64,000 bases of DNA from Psilocybe cubensis (lineage: Eukaryota): NCBI GenBank assembly GCA_017499595.2, contig CM039010.1, positions 1,798,001 to 1,862,000 on the forward strand. Reading direction: 5' to 3'. Both the position numbers and the translations under genes were made by a program. Numbering within the stretch: position 1 is the first letter of the stretch; each line of letters opens with the position of its first letter. The notes beneath the pieces are model-generated. The model had not been told where the DNA came from and searched no databases. It was given only the letters and a program-made list of their open reading frames with translations. Below are positions 26,110 to 37,399 of this stretch, piece by piece.

Positions 26110-27435
26110 TCAGATATTGAAGGACAGACAAAGTTCTCTGTTGTCGTGGGAGAAAAGTCGGCCGTCCTGGAACTTGGCCCAGGCGTTCTTACCGTCTGCA
26201 AAATTTGCTGGAACTCGGTCTTTGGGATGGAAAGCAAGGGTGTGTCCGACCTTTGCACAGAGGAGGCAGATAGGAGGAGAGGAGGCACTCCTACTGCCCG
26301 ACGGAAAGGGATTGTTGCCTGGAATGAAACTAGAAGAACCAGTACGACAACTGTTAGGATTAGACTTTGAGAATCGTGAGACCGAATCTTCCAAAAGAGC
26401 CAGTTTGCTAGTAAGCGCCGCAATTTCAGCCTTGGCCGCTTGAGCCTGTTTATAATTAGAAACGGCATGAAGGAAAGCGCTCTCGTAGTCATTGACTGTG
26501 TAGCAATAGTTTTGCAAATGAATATTGCGGTGGAGTTGGATTTCGGCAGTTTGCCATGCAGGGAAAAGAGCAACCAAATCGGGTCGGGTACTCCAGAAAG
26601 AAAAATGAGTGACCCAAAGTTCGCCCCATTCCTTATCGGCGGCTTGCTGAAATTGAAATTTTATGTATTGTTCAGAGGCTTGAGAATAATTACCAAAATC
26701 AAGAGATTGATCCTTAGTCCCGAGTTTCTCTGAGAGCTTCTTGATATCTATGATATGGGTGGCCTTCGAATCGGCATTGAATGAGTTAGTTTTTTTAGTG
26801 GGAATATTAGCAAGGTTGTCAATGATGTAACAGAGGTTAGCATGAGTGAAATAGTTGAGAGGAAGAGGAACCAAGTTTTTGGTTGTGAACATAATTTCGG
26901 GAAGGTTAAAAGAAGCAGGAGCCATTGGATTGCACACAGTGAGCGAAGCGCCCTGCACACACCTTCGTTTAGCAATTCTTTCTTCGTTTTGCAGGACAGG
27001 ATCCCTGGAAGCCTCGTCCGCGGAACGCTTAAGGTCTTTGCTTTGTTTGTCAACCGAATCCAGCCATTGAATGATGTAGTCAGGCATGATATTAACGAGC
27101 CTCTGAGCAATAGATGGGATCATCAGTTTGGCCTCGTCTTCCAGGGACAGCAAAATGAGAGAAGAGGCGGGGGATCTGGGCACAGGATTGTTGTTCGGAT
27201 CTATGCGATGACACGCCGTTTTATCTAGACAGGCAGCATTTTCTTGTTCAATTTTTTTATTACGGGTAAGTTTCCCTTCAAAAGAGAGGCTGTAGAGAGC
27301 CTCCACAACTTGAGGAGAGGTGTGAAGACGACAAGCTGGAGGTTGAGGCGGTTGAGGAGGATTAGGAGGATTAGGATTGGGAGGATTAGGATTAGGAGCA
27401 TTAGGGGAAGATTCACGAGATCCCTCGTCAGCCAT
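26110..27435 (-). CDS. Gag-like ORF1 of the YR-retroelement
   Basis: 441-aa ORF with a Pro/Asn-rich N-terminus, a CLLCAKVGH knuckle and a C-terminal ELCLSFNI, lying upstream of and overlapping the RT ORF. Confidence 0.7.
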   Translation of the reverse strand: MADEGSRESSPNAPNPNPPNPNPPNPPQPPQPPACRLHTSPQVVEALYSLSFEGKLTRNKKIEQENAACLDKTACHRIDPNNNPVPRSPASSLILLSLEDEAKLMIPSIAQRLVNIMPDYIIQWLDSVDKQSKDLKRSADEASRDPVLQNEERIAKRRCVQGASLTVCNPMAPASFNLPEIMFTTKNLVPLPLNYFTHANLCYIIDNLANIPTKKTNSFNADSKATHIIDIKKLSEKLGTKDQSLDFGNYSQASEQYIKFQFQQAADKEWGELWVTHFSFWSTRPDLVALFPAWQTAEIQLHRNIHLQNYCYTVNDYESAFLHAVSNYKQAQAAKAEIAALTSKLALLEDSVSRFSKSNPNSCRTGSSSFIPGNNPFPSGSRSASSPPICLLCAKVGHTLAFHPKDRVPANFADGKNAWAKFQDGRLFSHDNRELCLSFNI

Positions 27436-27732
27436 TTGAGAGATAAAAAGCGAAAAAATTCAAGCAAGATTTTGGATGTCAAGAAACGGAGAAAACACGA
27501 AATCTTCTGTAAACAAGAGGGAGACAAGAGATGGAAGAAATTTGAGTAGACCTCAAGTTGGTATATTATGGGTCATAAATTAGAGAAGAATCTGAAGGTT
27601 AAGGAGCTTTCATGTCAAGAGAAGACAATCATTAACTGTCAAGAATTTGATAGAAGGTGAGTAAAGATCTTTGGGGAAATCCTTTTCTCTCTCTTATTTT
27701 ATCCGTAGATGAGTTCAACTGCGTCCTCATTG

Positions 27733-28825
27733 TTGAATATGCACAACTAGGCTTATGCAGAAAAGTATCTGTCTAAATCATGGAACTTTCCTAAGGCTTA
27801 TACATTTTGTCATATATTTGATGATATCTGCAACAAAGGTATTACTCAAAATTATAACACAAAGCCAAATGAAAAGGCACATACAACCTTAAAATTATTT
27901 TACCAGCTGCATACAAACTTTAAAAATGTCATTTATTAGGTGCAATTTTGAGTATCATATTATTTAATAATATTTCTGAATAGATTTCAAAGTTATTAAA
28001 GCTAAATGAATCAGACATTGCTTTTCTGGTTATCCATACTGTAATTGATACACTAGACGAGTTTAATATCATCAAAAAACCAGACAAAAAAGAATACACT
28101 ATTATAGGTATAGCACATGTATCATTGGGATCAGCCTTTCAAACAATCAGTTTCATAGATCTTGAAAGGCAATATAGTTCCAATAATGCATTCACCAACT
28201 TTTGAAAAAAGCTTGCAAAAACACTGACCAATCATCTTGGACTATTGACCCGGCTTGATTAATACAATCTGGTACAGTACTTTGTCACTTTGATTAATAT
28301 GTTATGGAGAAACCACTCAATATTTACATTTCTAGATTACATCTTATAAATATCTAAAGGTCAACTACAAGTCAACAATTACATGGAAACAAGAAACTGA
28401 TATTCTGCAAATAAATCCTAACTTTCATGGCCACAAAAGATATGACTTTGTGCTAATACAGGTAGATTGCCAAGTTAGGAACCTATATATTTGCACAGCT
28501 TTTGCAAGTAGTTGGAGTGTGCATTAAAGATTGGAACTTCTTTCTAGCCCTTGTGCTTCCCATGAATGAAACTATACCATCAGCAACCATGGGAATCTAC
28601 TGTATTCAGGATAGAAAACTCCGATTAACCTGTATATATGCCTGTCAAAGATAAAAATCAGCTTTTATTAATGTGGAATCAATTGTCTAAGAAGGACTTT
28701 TTGTCAGACATTTGAAGAAGGCAAACAAATAGATGAGTATCTTGTTCTTGATATAATTAACAAGAATATGTAGTGGAGGATGAAGGCAGTGCATCTTGTA
28801 AAAAAAGTATCTCTACAAATCTCTA
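27733..28825 (+). pseudogene. Plavaka-type transposase, degenerate 3' part
   Basis: Motifs KSWNFPKAYTFCHIFDDICNKGITQNYNTKPNEKAH and YLKVNYKSTITWKQETDILQINPNFHGHKRYDFVLI. Confidence 0.8.
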
Positions 28826-29479
28826 ATTATAATGTTATTGTTCTTATTGTCTATAGTAAGAATAATTGATTAAAAAAGACAGACTAGACACCAGACATCT
28901 ATTTTTTACTCTAAGTCTTGTATAAAAATATATATACACATGCTACCATACAAAGAAAAAAATACACTTTTAGACCATCTATTAATTATCACAATAAGTC
29001 TATTATACTTTTGTATATTGAGTTTCCTCAAGGGTTACACCAGATAACAATAAAACCTATGTAATATTTTTTAAATTGTGCAAAAGATATAAAATCTAAT
29101 TATCTTACCACTAGAATTTACTCAATTCTATCTCTTTTATTCTAATATATTTAGTCCAAGTTTTTGAACCAAAAATAGTGCTAGATTCTTGTATAATCAC
29201 AGATAAGATTAGTTATACCAGCTAAATGAAATGCATTAATATTTATGAAATTGCACTAGAATAAAATGAATTAATGTTAATAAAAGTACGCTAAAATAAA
29301 ATGAAATAATATATATAAGCAAGTAGTAGAATTATGAAATGAATCAGTATTCTGGTAGGCAGACTTAATGAAATGGCCATATAACTCAAATGAATCATTT
29401 CAAAGATTATAGGTAAAATAACAAATTGCCTTGTAACCAGTTACCTTGACCATTTGATTTGGTTAGAAGCTACAAGTCA

Positions 29480-31302
29480 TATCAATGGATTTTGTGTATC
29501 AAGAAGAATGCAGCCGGGAAAATCAAAAAATATAAGGCACATCTAGTCATTAAAGGCTTCACTCAAATTGACAGCATAGACTATTATGAGACGTATGCAT
29601 CTATTGCTTGTTTTGCATCTTTTTAACTCTTTTTTGCTTTTGTTGTGCAGAATGACTGGATTGCAGACATTATCAACTTTGATTCAGCATATCTTAATAG
29701 TAAATTAGGGCCAAACCAGAAGGATTTTCTCAAACAGCCATCCAAGTTTGCTACTTGCAGCAGTTGTGACTGGGTTTGGCGGTTAAACAAAACATTATAC
29801 AGTTTGAAACAGGTTGCTAAAAACTAGTACAATACACTTTGTAAAGCTCTTGCTGATTTGGAGTTTGTAAAGATGGATACAGACTATGGAGTCTTTGTAA
29901 AGAAGATGAGCTCTAATATCATTATTCTTGCAGTACACATTGACAACTGCCTACTTGTTGGGAGCTCTAGAAAGCAAATTAACAAATTTAAAAAGCAAAT
30001 GAATCATATCTACAAGCTTACCAACTTAGGTGCCATGAATTAGCTCTTGGGGATCAAGATTACTCAAGATTTTGTCAACCATATTATTTCCCTATTCCAG
30101 GATGCGTACATTAATTTTCTTCTTGCACAATTCAATTTTAACAATCTGAAGTTGTCATCTATCCCTATGAATTACACAGCTACGCTCTCAAAATTGTAGT
30201 TCTCCACAAAAATTACAGACATCATTAAGATGCAGTAAATTCCATACTGTGAAGCGGTTGGATCCTTGATATATGCAGCAATGGAAACTTGTCCTGATAT
30301 TGCATTTGTAGTATCTACAGTGGCATAATTTTCCAAAAATCCAGATTGGGCTTATTGAGAGGCCATAAAGCAAATCTTTTGTTATTTATTAGGCACTTGC
30401 TTGTTACAATTAATGTATGGTAGCAAGAAACAAGGGGTGGAAGGGTTTATTGATACTAAGAGAGCATTTCAAGAGCACAAGTGTGCAATTTCCAAGTATA
30501 TTTTTATGATTGATGGAGGAACTGTTAGCTGGTCATTGAAGAAAGAAGAGTTACACTGTCAACTACCAAGGCAAAATATGTTACCCAAACTTACACTGAA
30601 AAGGAATCCATTTGGCTTTGTGAACTTATTACTCAGCTTTTTAGGCCACTTGACGGCTGAACTATTTTATTTTTTAATAGCAAATTGACTATTGCACTTG
30701 TGCAAGACAGATATTATCATGCATGCATAAAACACATTGATATTTGCTATCATTTTATCTACTATATCATCAAAAAGGGCATGATCAAGTTGATCTACTA
30801 ATCCACAAATAACATGACAGCTGACATTCTTACCAAGGTACTTTCTAGCATGAAGGCTAAACATTTTGCTACCACCTTCAGACTCAGCATAGTTTAAAAA
30901 GAGTATTGAATATTATTTCTAACTGTGCCTTTGTAATGCACGTCTTTTGTTTGATTAGATTTTATTTCCTGGTTTTTTTATTTCTCCGTGATGACCTCAA
31001 TATTGTCTAAACCATATGTAGATGGATGCATATATGGACAATATGTATATTGAGTAGGTTTGCATGGCTTGGGCATTTTCCCAGCCATTTTTTGTATCAC
31101 ATATACTATTCCATTTTGTATTAACGCCCCTTAGTCTATTCTACATTGACTGAGCTGGGTTGACTATTATTTTTACCAGTTCCCTTCACATATTGACTTT
31201 GTGTAGCCTTACATTTTGTTCAATAGGTACTATACATGAATAGAAGTCTATTCTACATTGACTGAGCCTTAAATTTTGTTCAATAGGGCTATATTATTCT
31301 AT
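29480..31302 (+). mobile_element. Ty1/Copia 3' fragment (family B), heavily decayed: RT, RNase H and LTR about 30904-31302
   Basis: Motifs KYKAHLVIKGFTQ..IDYYETYA, DFDSAYLNS-like NFDSAYLNS, LNKTLYSLKQ, LAVHIDN, DGGTVSWSLKK and KHIDICYHF. A decayed PPT is followed by TATTGA at 30904. Confidence 0.88.
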
Positions 31303-31349
31303 TTTTATATATTTTGATTATGATCATTTATATATAATAAATGCAAAAA

Positions 31350-32184
31350 TACTGTGCATTTTGATAAAAAATGAAATTCTCTCTGCAGCATCTCATCTAA
31401 TAGATAGATTATTTTGCAGCTTGAGAAAAATATTTTGAAGACACTTATAGATATCTATAGATGTCAAGAATTTAATTTATAACAAAATATTTGTAGAGAT
31501 ATGGACTAATTAATGACCTAGCATATTTTTTCTCATACCCCCTTTAATCAGTATATTTTTTTGCTACAGAGGGTTTATAAGGGTAAGTTTTGAGTTCTAA
31601 ATACTCTTAGCATTGGATCTACATGTTTTTTAATGGTCTGAAGGCCCATTCTATGCTATAATAAAATACACAAAATCTAGAAAGGATGAGTAATAGTACC
31701 ATCCAATCTTGGAATTTAATCAAGAATAAGAGCTTTAAAATTAGTAAAATAAATGCCTAACTAATCCTAGCTGGGTCTAAATTTATCTGATTAGGAAGGC
31801 ATTCATACAAGGGGTAGAAAGAGGGGTAGTATGCACATTCTAGTTCAATGGCCCATATGAGATAATCAGAAAATTAAGTCCTGTTACTTATCAATTACGA
31901 CTATCTATATCCTATGGTAATCATCCAATATTAAATATTGCTGATTTGGTTTGCTATAAGGAGTTGCCACTAGAATTTGGGGAAAAAGAGAAAATAAAAC
32001 CCATAAAAGAGTCTTTTGACAAATTACCCAAAGTCCAAATGGAAAAAACAGTCAATGAAAGACTTTTCAAAGCACAAGATAAGAATAGAAAGGTACGGAA
32101 GTTTTGGGCAAGGTAGAAAGGTTTTCCAAAGGAAGAAGATGAATGGCTAACAAAGAAAGAACTAGGAAACACACCAAAAATCCT
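31350..32184 (+). mobile_element. Ty3/Gypsy (chromovirus-like) integrase C-terminus and chromodomain remnant
   Basis: FNGPYEIIRKLSPVTYQLRL..HPILNI (GPY/F module) and FWAR*KGFPKEEDEWLTKKELGNTPKIL (chromodomain-like). Confidence 0.75.
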
Positions 32185-32626
32185 TGTCAGGGCAACATTA
32201 TAATCAGTATAACAAGGGCACCAACAAAGATCAAGCAAGAGAGAGAGCAGAGGAAGAGTAAGAGAGCAGAATGAGAATAAGAGGATAAGAGAGACTCAAT
32301 GATTCTAAAAAATTACACTAATGATAGTGGATATTCTAAGAGATTGAAGCTGAGACTACAGCTACCTACAAGTCCAGTATTTATACTCTAGAGCTATTCT
32401 AGAATATTCCCTATATTACATTATAAAGGAAGGTTAAAGAATAAAAGTGATATCATATGGAAAAAGGATGAGTAAGACTAGGAATCATATAGAATTTACT
32501 AGAAGAAAGTGGAGCAAGAAGACTATAATGAAAGAAATAAACTATCTAATCAGATAATTGATAAGATAATGAAAGAATAAGATAAATCTGTGAAGATAAA
32601 GAGGAAAAACTAGAAAAACCCTGACA
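32185..32626. repeat. LTR of 442 bp with 8-bp inverted termini TGTCAGGG..CCCTGACA
   Basis: Terminal inverted octamer and a partial copy at 17545-17752. No matching TSD (atcct versus tagac). Confidence 0.75.
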
Positions 32627-32989
32627 TAGACTAAATCTGAAGTAGAACACAAGTGTTGTAAGATGAATTACCTGTGTATCAAGATATAATCTTGAATATA
32701 ACGTGAGTTGGCTTTGCAAAAGTGACTGTAATTAGTGTAAATTGTACCACTTAAGTGCACACTTGCAAAAATTTAATATAACATCAGTAATAATTTCAAA
32801 CAAAATTGGCTTTTGCATGTAAAGATGAAGGTAATTGATACCAGTTGAGTAATTATTCACAACCCTTGCACATACCTGCACCCTTATTGATATTTCAGTA
32901 GCCTAACGCTGCTACAAGAATCTATATTTACAACATGAATACCAATTTAACCAAAAAAAAGTGCCATTCCAGTAATTCCTTAAGTGCAT

Positions 32990-33155
32990 ACCACTCCACT
33001 GAAGCTTCACTAGAGTGCCATATACCAAATATTGCATGGGTCACTGGAGTGCTACATACCAAATATATTGAATAGGTCACTGGAGTGTCATGGGTCACTG
33101 GATAGATATAGACCACTCTGGTGACCTTTGGTACACATCACTCCAGTGAACAACT
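32990..33155. repeat. Cluster of CACTGGAGTG/CACTCCAGTG quasi-palindromic motifs (subterminal-like)
   Basis: ggtcactggagtg is repeated, and the block resembles 35255-35365 in direct orientation. Confidence 0.7.
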
Positions 33156-33639
33156 TGTAAGATGGGCCATTGCTGTTGCATAGCATATACAAGGCCTTAT
33201 TAGATAAAAACCTCTTTATTACAAGTTATAAGTAGTATATTTCTAATTTGTTAAAATCTTGACATCTTTGTTTTAAAGTAGAGTAAAATTGCTATAGGCA
33301 GTATTCTAAATGCTAGTAAAGTACAAACATTAAACAATATGCAAAAATGAATTCAAATGTTATTTAAAAAAGTAATAAAACCAGAATGCAAATGTCTCGC
33401 CAAATTGAATTTCCAAGAGATTCAAACTCTTGGCTTCAGAGCAAGAGCAAACAAACAAGCAATATACCAACTGCATTATAACACCTGTTGAAAAATGTGA
33501 TATCTCTTAATTATTTGTGCATGTTAATTATTGTCAAAAGAAAAAAACAAGAATAGACCGCCTATTAGAAGGTGGCAGCGAGGCTACAAGGAGAATGCAA
33601 GGGAAAGGAACAGGAGCAAGGACAAGTGACAGAGACAAG

Positions 33640-34780
33640 GGTAACACAAACTAGCAACTTTGCGTTGCTGGTTTTGTCAAGGAGGTGGGTGCAGCAGGGG
33701 ACCAGCAGAGCAAAAGGATGCAAGGATGAAGGCGACGCAGAACCAGCAGAGTGAGCTGCAGGTTTGTCGAGAAGGCGGGGCCGGTAAAAACACAGACTAG
33801 CAGTTTGCACTGCTGGTTGTCAATGGAGGCAGGGGCAGAGTGGACAGACCAGCAGCCCAAAGCCGCTAATTGTCAGTAGAGATTGGGATGGGGATGGTGG
33901 CAACACAAACCAGCATAGCGAGCTGCTGGTTTGAGCTGCTGGTTTGTTAAAGAAGAAGGGGACAGAGGGCAATGGAGAGAGAAACCAGCAGCTTTGGCTG
34001 CTAGTTTGTCATGGGAGACAGAGGTAGGGAGTAAGAGTGGCAGCGGCGGGACACAAACCAACAGTGCGCATGCTTGGTTTGTTGACGGATGGCGGGAAAG
34101 CAGAAACAGCAGCCTAACTGCTGGTTGTTGAGGAAGATGGAGGCAGGGGCAAGAGAGATGATGATGCCATCATCAATGGAGGCTGCGGCGGCAGGGAGCA
34201 ATGGCGGCAGCGATACGAATGTCGAGGGAGATGGTGGTGGGGGGCAAAATGAGCAGCAATGCGACTGCTGTTCATTGAGGAAGGTGGTAGGGGCGGAGAA
34301 ATGAACTAATAGCTATATAGCTGTTGATTCTGTCAAACTAAACAGCAGAGGCGGTGATGCAAACCTGCAGCTCTAAGCTGCTAGTCGTCGATAGAGGCAA
34401 TGGCAGCGGCAATGCAGAACTAGCATTGCACTGCTGGTCGTTGATTAAAGCAAAGACAGCAGGCATGCAGAGTCAGCAGCCAGCAGGGAATTGCTAAGTT
34501 AGCAATAAGGCAGAGGTGGGGGTTGTAACAATATAAAATAGCAGTATAGAGCTGCTGGTTATTGAGGAAGGCGGTGGTGCTGGGAATGTTGGTCAGAGGA
34601 GGCAGAGGGAGAGGTGCTAGGACACAAATCAGCAGCCTTTGCGCTGCTGGTTGTTGACAGAGGTAGGGTAATGGCAACCCAAACCAGCAGCCGTCAAATG
34701 AAGAAGCAGGGTTGTCAAGATCGAGGGAGACGCAGGGAAGGAGAATACAACCAGCAAGCTTAGTGCTTCTAGTTGTTGAG
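33640..34780. repeat. Array of palindromic units, consensus (AC)AAACCAGCAGC-Nx-GCTGCTGGTT(TG), with G-rich spacers
   Basis: Examples: caaaccagca-tagcgagc-tgctggtttg at 33906-33933 and aaaccagcagctttggctgctagttt at about 33982. Confidence 0.8.
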
Positions 34781-35254
34781 GGTGGGTGCGTAGGGGAGGC
34801 GGTTCCACGACGAGTTGCTCGTTGTACTTATCAACTAGATTAGTTGGATTTCATTGAGTTTAAAAATTTCAAAAAAAAATATCTGCAACACACCATTAGG
34901 GCCTTCCCTGCATGGGTTCACCCTTGCACTATTGAATATTCCCTTCCCTGTTGTCCGTCATTTAGGTTACCAGATTCTTGTTGCCATTGTAACTTGCTGG
35001 GTTGTGAGTTGAGATGAAAAGGGCAGGACACATCAGCAAAATAATCACGTGAGTGTTGAGTACCATTGCAGTACCAGTTGCCCATGCCGGTATACCCATG
35101 CAGCAGAACCCGCACTACCTTCTATATTGTTCATGCCGATTGCAAACTTTTTCCGGCATCAAAATGGTGTACATTTTGACTGCAGGACTTGCGGTATATA
35201 ATAGACAAGGCCCTTTTTACAAAGGCCTCATAACCGCTTTACTGGAGTAATGTG

Positions 35255-35460
35255 TACCCAATATTGAATGAGTCACTGGAGTGGTCCGTATCTCAAGTGC
35301 ATTGGAGTGTAATTTGCTACACACCACTCCAGTGATTTTTGGTACGCATCACTCCAGTGCACAACCACTTCACTCATAAATACCACTCTAGTGACAGTCA
35401 ATTGCCCTTGAAGGTTCACTGGGGTGGTACCTGGTTTCCACACTCATAGGTCACTAGGAT
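35255..35460. repeat. Second CACTGGAGTG/CACTCCAGTG cluster
   Basis: gagtcactggagtg, ccactccagtga, catcactccagtg and ttcactggggtg. Confidence 0.7.
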
Positions 35461-35519
35461 TATGTGTACCAGAATACTGCCAGGATACTGCAGTGCTGTG
35501 GGTTATTAGGCATAACTAT

Positions 35520-37250
35520 GACCCAATCGCCCTAATATTAATCCAACAATATTAATCCTGCAAATTTTACAAGAACCCATACCTTGCCTTCTTTTTCTGA
35601 ACCACTTGCATGTCAATTCCAGTTGGCAAACCCCCAAGCATTAATATGCTTGCAGGGCTTGTTGGCTCACCTCTGAATGTTAATACTCTCATTAAGTTTA
35701 TACAAATCACAGCAAGACATTGGAATTATGTACAATTACTGGGCAAGCTGCCAGACAAGCTATTTGATCTTCTATTAAAATCACTATAATTATTGCTTGA
35801 ATTGGTGGAAGCAATATGGAACATACTCAAGCCTACAGTGTGCCAAATGGCGGCTGCTAGACCTTAGAACTCTATTGATGATGTGTTCAGAAAATATTCC
35901 AAGCATGAAATTGGTAAGTTGTACTTCTTTCATACATATACTCTTCCAAACCATATTTGAGGCACCTATTCTATATTACCACCAGTTTCTTGCTGCATTA
36001 CACTATCCTGTAAAGGAAAGCCAATAAAGAAGACTAGTACCATTGAATCCTGGCTGTATACTTGTGATGGTGTTTTGCCTGTTACATCCATATCACTGTA
36101 TTGCAACCCTGAGTTCATTCTGACCTCATTTGCAACAGACACTCACCTTTTTTCAGGATACCTCACACACTATTATCTAGACTACTTTATTGTCAACGCT
36201 AACACTCCTGAAGCTAGAAGACAATATTACTTTTCCCATATTTTAACCCAGCTGCACATTTAGGAAAGTTTCTTTGTTAATGTACGGTTAATTGAATATT
36301 TTCAAATATATTATTCATACCAGCAAGTCTATTCCCTATACTGTCAATGCATTGTTTAATAACATCATTCCAACAGTAATGCTGGCAACACCATTGCAAA
36401 CATATATAATGAAACCTTACCAGAAGAACACAACCTTCCTTGACAAGGCCATTTACAACATGAACTGCCTTTAGACCTCATTCAGGAGTCCTGTATCTTG
36501 TTGACCCTTCTTCATGAGTGGGAGAAGCGTGACCTAATCTTTGATATTCATCATAATGGTGATTAGCATACGCGGTATGACAAGGCTATGGTGATTCGAA
36601 ACCAATGGATGATAGGTACTGGCTAGAAGATGTGGCCACACATCTGCGCAGAATGTGGCTATATATATCACAAAGACGGCCAAGATTGTATATTCTTATC
36701 CAAGTTTCTTTTTGTATCAACTAGCCAATCTATTTGTATTAGATCTAATCACTAGCTATATCACTGATGGCGTCACCTTGGATCATTCTTATTGCAGTGT
36801 CATTGATTGCCATGAGCTGCTGGCTTGGATCAAGGACAGATACTGCCCCAGTTATTAGCATTTGGATGCTCAATGTTTTGTAAATGGCTGCTTGATGCCA
36901 AAGGAGCCTGGTTACATCACATATTCTATTACATCCCATCAAGAATGGGAGCTTAAAGACAACAACAATACTAAGAAAAGACAAGAGGCAACCAAACATT
37001 AATGGTGTGCAGGTGTTCTTCCTTCAGACTCTGTGGATCCTGACACGTCAACTCCCAAAATAATTAGCCAGAAAATACATTGATGGACTCATAATGAACA
37101 GCTGATGGTACGCTCTTGCTAGTCAATCATTGGCTACGCTACAATGTTTGGATCTCTGCTGTCTGGTATGTAACAAAGATGTGTCAACAGGATGTGTTAT
37201 TACCAAGGCTCCAGGTACAATTTTTTCCTAAACAATATGATTACTATATA
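35520..37250 (+). pseudogene. KDZ (Kyakuja-Dileera-Zisupton) transposase remnant with CxC5- and CxC6-like clusters; truncated
   Basis: GVLPVTSISLYC and YYLDYFIV..RRQYYF are CxC5-like. ITDGVTLDHSYCSVIDCHELL..KDRYCPSY..QCFVNGC is CxC6-like. THNEQLMVRSC..IIGYATMFGS follows. Confidence 0.75.
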
Positions 37251-37399
37251 CAATTGTCATATGCATAAGAGACTTTTAAAGCAAAATAAATTGCCTCAGC
37301 TCCTACCTGAAGAATACCTCAAATAGCCTCATAATAATCTTTATAGCAAATAGTCATACATATGTACAGTGTTAAGCTATAAAAAGCGGACCTATTTAC

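Larger units (their letters stand above)
21762..27725 (-). mobile_element. Tyrosine-recombinase retrotransposon (DIRS/Ngaro type) inserted into an intron of the Plavaka gene
   Basis: Gene order is gag-like ORF, RT/RNase H, then YR. It is GC-richer than its flanks, and Plavaka coding sequence resumes at about 27733. Boundaries are approximate. Confidence 0.88.

Noticed and set aside
22233-27643. 12-bp inverted match cttgacagttaa / ttaactgtcaag as a DIRS ITR or ICR
   Set aside because: Too short. I could not find extended terminal or split repeats, so DIRS versus Ngaro is left open.
17545-32626. The two TGTCAGGG..CCCTGACA LTRs as the ends of one 15-kb Gypsy element
   Set aside because: No PBS follows the left copy, no PPT precedes the right copy (it abuts chromodomain codons), and no TSD can be tested. 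Possible but unsupported.
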